64,000 bases of DNA from Squalus acanthias (taxonomy: Eukaryota). The stretch's first letter is position 1. Each line of letters opens with the position of its first letter. Below the pieces are notes generated by a model. It saw only the letters and a program-made list of their open reading frames with translations, searched no databases and was not told where the DNA came from. Below are positions 1 to 11,640 of the stretch, piece after piece. The stretch covers positions 121,336,001 to 121,400,000 of the forward strand of contig CM059431.1 of the NCBI GenBank assembly GCA_030390025.1. Direction: 5' to 3'. Made by a program: the position numbers and the translations under genes.

Positions 1-238
1 GCCCTTGAGAAGGTGGTGATGGGAATTCTTGAACCGCTGCAGTCCGTGTGGTGAAGGTACTCCCACAATGCTGTTAGGTAGGGAATTTCAGGATTTTGAC
101 CCAGCGACGATGAATGAATGGAGATATATGTTCAAGTCGGGATGGTGAGTGACTTGGAGGGAAACTTGGAGGTGATGGTGTTCTCATGCACCTGCTGCCC
201 TGTCCTTCTAGATGGTGGAGTTGCTGGCTTAGGAGGTT
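1..238 (-). mobile_element. CR1-group LINE 3' fragment
   Basis: Near-identical to 10861-11100 and 52100-52340, which lie in the RT-bearing copy. Confidence 0.8.
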
Positions 239-449
239 GAATTTCATTTGTCGTAAATATATCCACTCTCCTGACTTGTTTATCTTCTCTTTCCTTTACC
301 CAGGTCTCAGCCTAACATAGTCATCAACATTTAAACTCCTCCATATGTCCTATTCCACTAACAGGATAGACCCACCAGAGGTGGAGGCACAGTAGTATAC
401 AAACAAGTAATCATGAATCCTCTATATTGATTCTGGACCTTATGATGCT

Positions 450-838
450 TCTGAATCAGAAGGTTGTGGGTTCAAGTCCCACTTCTGAGCACATAATCTA
501 GACTGGCACTTCCGTGAAATACTGAGGGAGCGCTGCGCTGTTGGAGTTATTAAACTGAGGCCCTATCTGCCCTCTGAGGTGGATGTAAAAGATCCCACGG
601 CACTATTCAAAGAAGAGCAGGGGAGTTCTCCCAGTATCTTGGCCAACATTTATCACTCAACCAACACCTAAAACCGACGATTTGATCATTCATTTCATTG
701 CTGTTTGTGGGAGCTCGCTATGTGCAAATTGGTTGCTGCATTTCCTACATTACAATACTTCAAAAGTACTTCATCGGCTGTAATGCACTTTGGGGTGTAA
801 ACGGTGCTATATAAATGCAAGTTCTTTATTTTTTTTCT
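450..838 (+). mobile_element. Deu-domain tRNA-derived SINE (SacSINE1/AmnSINE1-like)
   Basis: B-box-like GGTTCAAGTCC, Deu-like core GTGGATGTAAAAGATCCC...ATTGCTGTTTGTGGGAG, and tail TATATAAATGCAAGT followed by a T-run. Confidence 0.8.
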
Positions 839-1077
839 ATGCAGTTGACTTTGAATGCCCTATAAGGTGGCTTAGCAAGCATTCATTTTTAAAACAACCG
901 CTACCATAAAAATAATAAGAGAAGCATGGGACTGATCTATCTGCAGTGGCCCAGACTTTGGATCAGAACAAGACTCAAGCAATCTCAGTCCCGCCAAATA
1001 TGCCAAGTTCTCTTCACCAAACTCTGCCGCCTGGCATCTTAGGTGGGAGAGCTGTTCCACGGACTACTCAAGCAGCA

Positions 1078-1700
1078 GTCTAACATAGCCATCAACATTT
1101 AAACTCCTCCATATGTCCTGCTCCACCAGCAGGTTAGACCTACCAGAGGTGGAGGCATCGTGGTATACAAGCAGGTAATCATGAATCCTCAATAATTTTT
1201 CTGTACCTTATGATGTCTCATGGCTTCAGGTCAAACAAGGTCAAGGAAACCCCCTGCTAACCACGACTTACCCCCCAACTTTGAATCAGTACACTTCCAT
1301 GGAGGAAGCACTGAGGGAAGCACAAACACAAAATGTACTCTGGATGGGGGATTTCAATGTCCACCACCAAGAGTCGCTCAATAATATCACCATTGACCAA
1401 GCTGGCCAAGTCCTGAAACATATAGGTACTAGACTGGGCCTGCATCAGATGGTAAGGGAACCAACATGAAGGAATAAACCACTTTATCTCATTTTCACCA
1501 CCTACCTGTCGTAGACATGTCTGTCCATGATAGCATTAGTACATTCTCTATCGTGTAGTGTGGCACTGTCATGGTGTTAAATGAACAGATATAGCAGCCA
1601 ACAGTTGGCATTCAGGAGGTACCGTGGGCCATCAACAGCATAAGTGCATAGCACTGCAAGTTGTAACCTCATCACCCAATGCATCCCTTACTGCTCTATC
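1078..1700 (+). mobile_element. Degenerate LINE ORF2 APE endonuclease fragment
   Basis: ORF 1281-1469 has NVLWMGDFNVHH...LHQMVREPT, an APE-domain motif. Confidence 0.7.
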
Positions 1701-3799
1701 TCCAATGTTCAATGGAGAGTGAAGAAGGGTAAACCTTTTTATTATGCTTCTGATATTTCTCATGTATTTTCTCATATTCCTTATTATCTAGTCATTCCTT
1801 TGCTCTTTATGTATCCTTACTATGCACAAATTGACTGTTGTGTTTGTCTATATTACAACAGTGACTGCCCTTTCAACAGTAATCTATTGGTTATAAGGGG
1901 CTTTTGGACAGCCTGAGAAGATGAAAGGTGTTAGAAATGCAATTTTTCTTTCTTGGATTTTGTTTTTTGACTTAATCTCCTTATTCACCCATGGATCTGT
2001 GACCTTTGCTGGAACTTCTTCATTCCTGGTCAGAGTATTTTTAGTCTATATCCTATCCAACTCGTACTTAAATATATGCCAGTGCTGACTTTCTATTTTA
2101 TGTACCCACTTCTCTGTTCAGTTCTTCTGGGCTAGATCCCTTTGATTCTGCTATAATCCATTATTTTTCATTTCATTTCAACACCCTGTCTATTTTGTTT
2201 CAGAGAGTGATATTGACCTTAGCATCTGACCTGAATAATGGGAAACAAGCAATTAAAGGGGAGTTTTTCATTCCCAGTGTTTTCACTATTATGACCAGGA
2301 AATCATGGATTGGGACTGCATAATTTCTCAATGTGCATTCCTGATATATTCCAGGAGCAACAAAGTATAAAATCTCCCCTGAAGAGTATATATAACATAT
2401 TAATATTATATACAACCTATTACATACCTATTTTGCCTTTAACTCTTTCCTCAAATCCCAGCTCTGTGTACTGATGAAAGGTCACTTGTTTTATGCACAA
2501 TAGGGCTGAGTTTAACTCCCTCTGCCCAGTGTAAATGGGGTGGTTGCAGCCCATAAATGCCATTGGGTCACTTACTGCCCCAATGGTGCTGCTGCTGCCG
2601 CCATCTCAGGTAGGGTTCTAAGATGGGTGGTTGGAGTGCCCGCCTGTTTCACTTAGGCCCACAAAAAAGCTCTGGGCCATTACTTGACACGTGTAGCTCA
2701 CTGGCGGCATGTCAATGAAGCCTGGCCCTCTAAATAGCTTGGGCATCCCTGCGGCAAGAATGGGTGGGCGGTGGGTGCTCACCTGTTCACTGCCTGTATT
2801 TATAATTGGCCAGAATACCTTTCATTAATCCATTACTCTGTCTATCTTCAAAAGGCCTTCTATTCTAGTAATGCCAAACATTTTTGCATTGGCAAAACTG
2901 GAAAGTTTGTATGTTTACATATTTATATTTTCTTTATTAACAATGTCAGTGTGTTTATGTGAGTGACTTCTTCCAACCTTTTGATTTGAACCTCAAAAGA
3001 CCATGGAATATGCATTAACATATCCTGCTGGGTCATTTTGTATTCACACAGTGAACAGAATCACAACAAATATGATGACTGGTCACTTAAGGTTTGTTAG
3101 CCAAGTGATAGTTGATTGCAAATCATTTGATCTTGAAGTTCTTTTATCTGAATTCTTCTCTCTCTTCAACATCTTTTTCTTGTGATACAATTTAAAATAG
3201 AGTCTGCACCACATATAGCGGACGCATTCGTAGTAACGTGATTTGCCCGCTATAGGTGGTGGATGTTAAAATTGACTCCTACCTACAGGAGACAGTCAGA
3301 AAGTGATGTCTTTAGGCAGCTTCAAACAGCTGATTGATGCTGTCTGAAGTCTCCACTTTATGACTGCTCCCACAATTGATAACAGTGCAAATAGCTGATT
3401 GAAGCTGCCTGAATATCTTACTTTGCCTGACATCAGCGGAGCAAGTACTGAACAGCGCAAAATAGTCAGTGGGCTTAATACGTTTGCGCCATTTGCTTGA
3501 CATGGGCACTGTGACAAGCGTAGACGGTGGAAGTGGTGGGGACTGTAAAACAAAGACATGCTGGATCTTACCTCAGAGCTTCTCCTGCTCCGGCCACTGT
3601 AACTGCACCAGAATTACAGCGGAAATCCTGGTTGCACGAGTAAATAGGGTTCCTGCCACACTGAAGTTACATCAGCGGAGCGGGTGCAGCTCTGAGGAAA
3701 TTCCTGCCGTAGTATGTGCAGACACGAACAGCAGAAATAAGGCTGGTTCCATTCCAGAAGCGAGGCAGAATAGAAAGACACGGTGAAAGGAGAGATTCT

Positions 3800-4962
3800 C
3801 TTATCCTGACTTTATTTCAACTAAAAGTTCAGTGCGCATATTTTATTATTTTTTACAAGAAAGGCACCCCTGATTTATTTGCAAAACTGTACAGAATAAA
3901 TAGCTTACAGGAATCTTACATTTTGTAACTGAAAAAATAGCTTGCAGACTTCTATATTGTATTTGAAACAAATCATACCCTTCAACATTTTGGTCTTTGT
4001 GTGCTTTTTTTTCCCCCCACATGTGTCAGCTTTTAAACTTATTGTGATTTAAAGATTTACAAAAAAAAAAGCACAACTTCTTTTTGTTTCAATTTTTCTT
4101 TAAAAAAAAGCAGTGAATGTAGTCCCAGGCTGAGAGGAACTGGGAATGCCTAATGATATAACTGACACAAGAGCAACGCCACAAAGAGAACATGACACAG
4201 TCTAAATACAGTGTGCAGCCACATCTGTGTCTGCTTCTTACAGTAGTTATTTCAGACTTGCAGATATGCAAGTACAAACTATAGTCTATAATTTAAAATA
4301 AAATCCAGCAGCATCAGAAGATTGGATTGTCAGAAGTCATGTAACACGCCCCCCCATATCAGACAATGAAATCATAACAGAAGACTGTGAGAGTATACAT
4401 GTTAACTAAAATAAAAATAAGCAAGGTCACTGGTTTACGTTGACCGAATAAGTCAGATTCCGTTTTGTTACATGGGATTTTGACTGTTGTTTTGGGGATC
4501 ACGTTCCACGATTTCATCCATTTTTCCATGAAAACTGCAAACCAGTGGCCTTGAAAATAAGGCTTCCCAGTAAATGTGCATACAGGCAGTAATCACACCT
4601 TCAGGTACCCTCTTTCGACCACCATTGGTTCACATGACAACATCTTTAGGTTATATTAATAGGATTGTCTTTACAACTACAAAATGATCGTCCTGACGCT
4701 TTATAAAGCTTTGTGCTTGACTACCGCACAGTCTGTATACTGTGAAACAAATGCTGTTGGCAGTTACTGTACCTGTATCTGCATTCTCAATGGCTGTTCC
4801 CAATGGTTTGTCTATCGATCCCTGAGTTTAATAAGGATTACTGCTGTATTGTATGTAGAAAAAGAGAATCATCTGTAAAGGCACTAATGTCTTAGTATAG
4901 CAAATGAGCTCATTTATCACAATGTAACAGCCAAGTTAAAAATGTCAATGTCCTTCAAGAAG
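3800..4962 (-). other. Probable SLITRK6 3' UTR with candidate polyA signals
   Basis: Repeat-free AT-rich stretch downstream of the stop codon; minus-strand AATAAA (plus TTTATT) at 3811, 3842 and 3875. Confidence 0.5.
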
Positions 4963-7532
4963 TCATGGTTGGTTCAATGCTGTCTGTTGTTCCAGTACCT
5001 CTAGGTAGTCAGGCTCAGTTTGTAGCTTTGCTTTCAGCTCAAAATATTCGTTTTTCGTCTCTTCAACCACAACTTTTTTAGGTCTGGAATACATGATCGC
5101 TTCCATCAGTTTCAGCTCTTCATGCCTCGATGGGTAACGAACATCGAGTTCTGGCTGCAGCGGCGGGATATTTTTCTTCAGGTATTCGGTGATCCCAATC
5201 TGCTGAAGTTCCCTTTCTTTTTCAAGAATATTTCTGTACATTGAACTAGGATCACGGAGGGGCACAAATTCTGGGGTCTGCTCTATTACACTGAATTTGA
5301 TATTGGAACTTGTGAGCAGAGAATCATTTTCTCTCATCATGTGACTCCTGTAAATCATTTTTGGCTCATTTCCATCTTTGCTTTCGCTGTCCAGCTCTAC
5401 ATCTCTCATGTTATATGGATGACTTCTGCACACTGGACCTATTGTGTTAATTGTGTGCTGCTCATATATATTTCCATCTGGTCTTTCTTCAGTATGGTGG
5501 GTCCTCTTATGTCCATATACACTGTACTGAACGTGCAATGGACTGCAGTCCTGTACTGGAGTAGTTTTAAGTTTTTTCTTTGATCTCCTCCGACGATGGA
5601 GCACAAGGACCACCATCCCGGCTGCACTGAATACAATCAATATGAATACCACTAACATGCTAAGGATCAAAACAGAAAGTGGCACCGTGTCCATGATAGA
5701 ACTCAGAAGGCTGGAGGCTGTACTAGTGGCTGCTGTGGTCAGGCTGATATCAATGGGCTGTGTTGGTGGGGCCGGGATATTTATTAATCCAGGACATATC
5801 AATTCATTGTTCAACATTTTCAAATCTTTCTTGGCAAACTTTTCAGGAGATTCGCACATAATCTCGCTCACAGTTACATTTTTATTGAGTTTTTCCATCC
5901 ATTGCTTCAAGCTTACCAAATCACAAGTGCAATCCCATGGATTGTCTTGTAGATCAATCTGAACTAGTAATTCAAGTTGATCTATTACATTGCTCACAGG
6001 GAGATGCATAAAATGGTTATTTTTAAGATTTAACCGTAAGAGTGGAACGCCAGCAAATATGTGTGGAGGCAAACTATGAAGGAGGTTATTGTTCAAATAT
6101 AAGACCTTGAGCTGTAGGAGACAGTGAACGTCCCTGGTACTATCTCTTTGATTATATTGTGTTCCAGATACAAGTATTGAAGGCAATGGAGCCCGATGAA
6201 CATTTCTTTTGTTAATCTTACAATATTGTTCCCATTCAAATACATCTTGTGGAGATTGGTGAGGTTTGCAAAAGCATCATCCTCAATTACTGTTATTCGG
6301 TTGTTCCCTAAATGGAGTAATTCCAGGCTGCCATAACCTTGGAGATCATATTTTGTCACAGACTGGATAATGTTATCAGTCAAATAAAGCTTTATTGGAT
6401 TTGGTGGACTGGGTACAAGGTCTGATAAACTTTTAATGTTTCTTTCTTGACATTTCATTATTTGCCCTACATTTGGTTGTGTGCTGCAATGACATGTTGT
6501 TGTGCAGGGCGATTTTGGATGGGCCGCAGGTCTTGTTATAGGAATTTTGCCATCATCCTGTCCATCAGGTTGTGGAATATATGGATCATTTTTAGGTTCT
6601 TTAATAACTGATTTATTAGCACTCTGAATATGAGTATTATCAGCAACTGGAGTTACCACCAAATGAATTGAATTTATGGGTTCTTCAAAGTCAGTTCCAG
6701 ATCCAGTAGGGCAAATCTCTGTAATTGGTGTTTTGGTTAAAACTTTACCTTGCAGTCTAAATGGGTGCACACAAACAACATCATCGATATTAGACTGGGG
6801 AGGCATGTTTTCCAGCCAGGATCTGAGTGGTAATAAATCACAATCGCATTTCCACAAGTTATCCTTCAGTTGAAGCTCCATTATCCTGCCAATATGCTCC
6901 AAAAGACCAACATAAGGAAGTGAATCTAAGTGATTTCCTCGAAGGTCCAGGTGCGTCAGGGGCACAAAACGGAAGATGTTGGTGGGGAGAAAGGGGATTG
7001 CATTGTCATTCAGGATGAGCACTTTTAGCCGGTGAAGCTTACTGAACGCACCAGGCTCAATAATATGGATTAAATTATTGTCTGCCTGAAGGAATTCCAA
7101 ATTGTCCAGTCCTCGAAATGTGCCCTCTCGCAGTACTTGCAAATAGTTGCCATTTATATGCAAGCGTTTTAGAGAATTAAGGCCAGCGAAAATCCCAGCT
7201 TCCAAGTCTTGCAAATTATTCTTGCCGAGATGTAGTGACAAAGCATTCCTGAAGTTCATGAAGTCATTGGGATTTAACATGCTCACAAAGTTTTCTTGTA
7301 GGTTAAGATTGTAGGTACATGTCTGCGGCGGTTTTATTTGGGATATTTCGTTAATGTCCTTGTTTTGACAGTTTATATGCAGCAAGCCATCTCTTTCCAC
7401 ACAGGAGCAAAGACTCTCACACACTTCCTTGTCTGAAGCATTTGAAGGATCTGCCTTCTGGGAACTGATTAGAACTAAGACTGCACTTAGAAGAAGGATC
7501 CAGGTCAACATTTTCTCAGAAATAAAGTCCAT
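4963..7532 (-). CDS. SLITRK6: SLIT and NTRK-like protein 6, single coding exon; reading frame broken by a 1-bp deletion at about 6118-6122 in this sequence
   Basis: ORFs 6093-7535 and 4963-6186 join into signal peptide + LRR1 (LEFLQADNN, FRFVPLTHLDLRGN, WLENMPPQS) + LRR2 + TM (VPLSVLILSMLVVFILIVFSAAGMVVLVL) + C-terminus EELKLMEAIMYSRPKKVVVEETKNEYFELKAKLQTEPDYLEVLEQQT, which is characteristic of SLITRK6. ATG at 7532; the ATG at 7511 (MLTWILLL) aligns with the mammalian start. The span is 2570 nt, one base short of a multiple of 3. Confidence 0.93.
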
Positions 7533-7556
7533 CAAAATTTCACGGTGTTCAAATAT

Positions 7557-7570
7557 CTGTTAAAAAAAAT
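7557..7570 (-). promoter_or_regulatory. 3' splice acceptor of the SLITRK6 coding exon (exon starts at 7556)
   Basis: Minus strand reads ATTTTTTTTAACAG|ATATTTG, 24 nt upstream of the ATG; SLITRK genes have a non-coding first exon. Confidence 0.75.
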
Positions 7571-8479
7571 CCACACAATTTATGTTATTTTTTGGACATT
7601 GTACACATAGAGGAACACAAAAGAGTCTCTGATTTAAATCTAAAAACAAAACCTTAAATAGGTACGTCATTTACAAGATCATGTTTTAGGGCGTGTTTGC
7701 ATTGCAAGTTAAGTGGTTGTGCTGAGCAATTTCTGCTTCGCACTGACACTCACGTGTATTGTAGATCTAGAGTCAGTGCTCACCTGACTCCAGAGAGAAA
7801 CAATGTGGAGTTGTAGACTCACACCGCCTATGTTTATCACCATACAAAGTGTAACTCTGTAACTCCGATGCATTAGTATTTATATGGACTTTCAGAAGGC
7901 ATTCGATAAAGTCCCTCATAAGAGGCTGTTAGCTCAAGTTGAAGCTCATGAAATTAAGGGCAAATTATTGACCTGGTTAGGAAATTGGCTGAGTGACAGG
8001 AGACAAGCAGTAGGGATAATGGGCAGGTACTCTAATTTTGTGACTAGTGGTGTCCCTCAGGGATCTGTGTTGGGGCCTCAACTATTCACAGTATTTATTG
8101 ATGACTTAGATGATAGGATAGAGAGCCACACATCCAAGTTTGCTGATGACTCAAAGATAGGCGGCATTGTAAGCAGTGTAGATGGAAGCATAAAATGACA
8201 AAGAGATATTAATAGATTAAGTGAATGGGCAAAACTGTAGCAAAGGGTTTCAATGTAGGCAAGTGTGAGGTCATCCACTTTGGACTAAAAAAGAATAGAT
8301 CAGAGTAGTTTCTATATGGTGAAAAGCTAGAAACAGTAGAGGTCCAAAGAGACCTAGGGGTCCATGTACATAGATCATTAAAAAGTCATGGACAGGTACA
8401 GGAAATAATCAAAAAGGCTAATGGAATGCTGGGCTTTATATCTAGAAGATTAGAATACAAGGGGGTAGAAGTTATGATA

Positions 8480-8831
8480 CAGGAAACTCTCTTTTAACCG
8501 GCACCCAAATAACCGGAAATCTCTCTTAACCGGCAAAATTCTTGAGTAGGTAACCGGGGTTTTCCTTCATCTCTCCTTTAAAAATAACCCCGAGGCATTT
8601 GCCTTGTATCGGAGCATGTAGATTGGGAGGGGAATGTGCAGCCCGGGTAGGCAGCGGACACGACAGATGGTCAGCTGGCGGTCCCCGGGGAGACGGAGCT
8701 CCGAATGCAGGCGCATGTCAATGTGTACAGGGCTCTCATACGTTGGGAGATATAACTCTCCGTTATCCGGACTTTTTGATTAACCGGCACCACGCCGGTC
8801 CCGTCGGTGCCGGTTAATAAAGAGTTTCCTG
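8480..8831. mobile_element. pogo/Tigger-like (Tc1/mariner) MITE nested in CR1
   Basis: TIRs CAGGAAACTCTCTTTTAACCGGCAC / GTGCCGGTTAATAAAGAGTTTCCTG, flanked by TA at 8478-8479 and 8832-8833. Confidence 0.85.
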
Positions 8832-8982
8832 TAGTTAGACCACACCTGGAGTACTGTGAGCAGTTCTGGGCACCACACCTTAGGAAGGATATATTGGCCT
8901 TGGAGGGAGTGCAGCGTAGATTTACCAGAATGATACCTGGACTCCAAGGGTTAAATTACAAGGAGAGATTGCACAAGCTAGG

Positions 8983-9185
8983 ACAAAAGCAAAATACTGC
9001 GGATGCTGGAAATCTGACTTAATAACAAAAAATGCTGGAAATACTCAGCAGGTCAGGCAGCACCTGTGGAGAGAGAAACAGAGTTAACGTTCTGACGAAA
9101 GGCCATCGACCTGAAACGTTAACTCTATTTCTCTCTCCACAGATGCTGCCTGACCTGCTGAGTATTTCCAGTATTTTCTGTGTTT
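8983..9185. mobile_element. Penelope-like inverted pLTR remnant nested in CR1
   Basis: Inverted arms of about 63 bp (9029-9091 / 9115-9177); 15-bp TSD ATTGCACAAGCTAGG / ATTACACAAACTAGG. Confidence 0.75.
9089..9123 (+). ncRNA. Minimal type I hammerhead ribozyme motif (PLE-type)
   Basis: GTT-CTGACGA-a-AGGCC-ATC-GACCT-GAAAC-GTT-AAC: CUGANGA core, stem II, GAAA and a palindromic stem III. Confidence 0.6.
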
Positions 9186-10792
9186 ATTACACAAACTAGG
9201 GTTGCATTCCCTGGAATTTAGAAGGTTAAGGGGTGATTTGTACAAGGTTTTCAATATATTAAGGAGAACTGTTAGGGTAGATAGAGAGAAACTATTTCCA
9301 CTGGTTGGGGAAGTCTAGGACTAGGGGACATAGCCTAAAAATTAGAGCGAGGCCTTTCAGGAGTGAAGTTAGGAAACACTTTTACACGCAAAGGGTGGTA
9401 GAAGTTTGAAACTCTCTTCCGAAATTGTTAATTTTACATCTGAGATTGATAGATTTTTGTTAACCTTAGGTTTTAAGGGATATGGGGCAAAGGCGGGTAT
9501 ATGGAGTTTGGTCACAGATCAGCCATGATCTCATTGAATGGAGGAACAGGCTCGAGGTGCTAAGTGCCCTACTCCTGTTCCTATGTTCTTATATGTTCCT
9601 ATGCATCGTCAAGGTGGGTGTAAAATGTGCCCGAGGGTCCCATGGATCTTCTGGACTTTTTAAACTGACCTGCAGTTAACTTAAATGTTTAGACAATCTG
9701 GATGCTGTGAACACACTGTCTAAACATTTTAAATGTCACTGCCTGGAGAGGGGCTAATTGCAAGCACAAGGGCGCAGGAATCTCTGCTTGGCAGCAGAAC
9801 TGACGTTTCAGCCATCAGTATAAATAGGGCACTGCCAGTCTTAGACTCCAAGCAGCAGTCTAAGCGCACCCTTAACATCAGAACAAGTACTATGACAAAC
9901 CTATAGCTCCAATATCCTTCATTTGAATTAAAATATCTAAGGACGAATTTTCATCTTTGCATTCCCAGCACAGAGCTTTGCACACTGGGAGCATATATTG
10001 GGCATTCAAGTATGATCCTAGGACTTTCCAACCATTAACTTTTAATAGACTGAAAATCATGGCAGGGGGCAAGTAGTTCGAAAGCCTTATAGGGCTGAAT
10101 CCGCTTAATGGAGAGAAAATTGCTTGCTGTGCATTTGCAATTTCCCTTGGTGAGCTCAATTAAAATGTGAAGCTCTACACTGGCAAGCACTAAAGATGAA
10201 CATTTACTCTTTTCTGCTTATCTTCAAGCTGCTTATTTTGATGTCACCTTTTTGATCACATTTCACACCACTTATGTAGACGAAAAAGCAGTAATTTATT
10301 TGCTGTGGTTTATCTTTTAGATGTTTGCAGGCCACCAGGCATAACAGTTCATAGTGGTGAGCAGAGTAGAAACAAGCAATTCCTTTCCATCATTTAATAA
10401 TCTTAAACACAACAGATAAACAGCAATATTGCATGAATACATTAGTACTTTACAATATAATACTTGCCACCCGTATTTTCTGTCTGATCTGCTTCTCTAC
10501 AGAGTCTGTCTCCCATTCTCCTCTCAATTGTCTCCAACTACTCCAGATATTAACGTTATAACTATATAGTAATTGTCTTAATATCACATCTTGCAAGATG
10601 TAGTGAGGCATAACCATTCCTGTTCTGCGGTTAGATGGAACATTTTAAAAGTGTATTGACTTTACATTAAAAATTTCTCTTGCCAAGTTAACATGTGGAA
10701 TTATCTTATATACATGATAGAACTCAGTGACTTATACATAAAAGAACAACACCACCATTTGTGGCATTGATACATAACTCAAAGGCTTTGAT

Positions 10793-11217
10793 TTTTTTTT
10801 ATTCGTTCCTGGGATGTGGGCGTCGCTGGTGAGGCCAGCATTTATTGCCCATCCCTAATTGCCCTTGAGAAGGTGGTGGTGAGCTGCCTCCTTGAACTGC
10901 TGCAGTCCCTGTGATGAAGGTACTCCCACAGTGCTGTTAGGGAGTGTGTTCCAGGATTTTGACCCAGCGACAATGAAGGAACGGCGATATACTTCCAAGT
11001 CAGGATGGTGTGTGACTTGGAGGGGTACCTGGAGGTGGAGGTGTTCCCATGCGCCTGCTGCCCTTGTCCATTTAGCTGGTAGAGGTCATGGGTTTGGGAG
11101 GTGTTGCCGAAGAAGCCTTGGCGAGTTGCTGCAGTGCATCTTGTAGATGGTACACACTGCAGCCACGGTATGCCAGTGGTAGAGGGAGTGAATGTTTAAG
11201 GTGGTGGATGGGGTGCT
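10793..11217 (-). mobile_element. CR1-group LINE 3' end
   Basis: Begins with polyT (polyA tail on minus strand); homologous to 52027-52450. Confidence 0.85.
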
Positions 11218-11294
11218 GTCATGTTTGGATTACTGCCAGTCAGGTTTAGATGCATGATCATAGAACTCTAAGTGGGGGCTACCATACATGTCAA

Positions 11295-11640
11295 AGTCAA
11301 GTGGTATGGTTATGGTGTTGGCCTAGCTACCCAAAAGTTGTAAACTCAAATCCAGCATGGCAAGTTATGAAACTGAATTTAAAAAGTCTAGTCATTTTTG
11401 GGATAGAAGCAGAACAAAAATAATAATGAAAGCTGCCAGAAATCAAACTAGTTCACTAATATTCTTCCAAGAAGGGAACCTGGTCTAGCTTCCATGTGAC
11501 TCTAGTCCATGCTATGGTTGACTTTTAGGGTCTTCTGCAGTGGAATAGAAAGCCACTCAGTTGTCTGGGCAAATAGGGATGGGAACTAAATGCCGTCTTA
11601 CCAACGTTGTCCACATTCCAAGAGCAAATGTATTAAAACA
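11295..11640 (+). mobile_element. Degenerate SINE sharing its 3' tail with the CR1-group LINE
   Basis: Tail GGGCAAATAGGGATGGGAACTAAATGC...CCACATTCC matches the reverse complement of 10800-10865. Confidence 0.6.

Larger units (their letters stand above)
7877..9603 (+). mobile_element. CR1/HER1-type LINE, 5'-truncated RT region and 3' tail, with two nested insertions
   Basis: [12 protein letters not shown]...[10 protein letters not shown]...KFADD, RPHLEYCEQFWAP and a TTCCTATG-type tail. Confidence 0.92.

Noticed and set aside
6112..6140. 29-nt GT...AG micro-intron (GTACCAGGG...CTCCTACAG) that would restore the SLITRK6 frame
   Set aside because: Far below the vertebrate minimum intron size, and it would delete conserved LRR residues; a 1-bp deletion is the simpler explanation.
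4963..6186. Separate 407-aa gene
   Set aside because: It is the C-terminal half of SLITRK6; its first roughly 22 residues are out-of-frame sequence.
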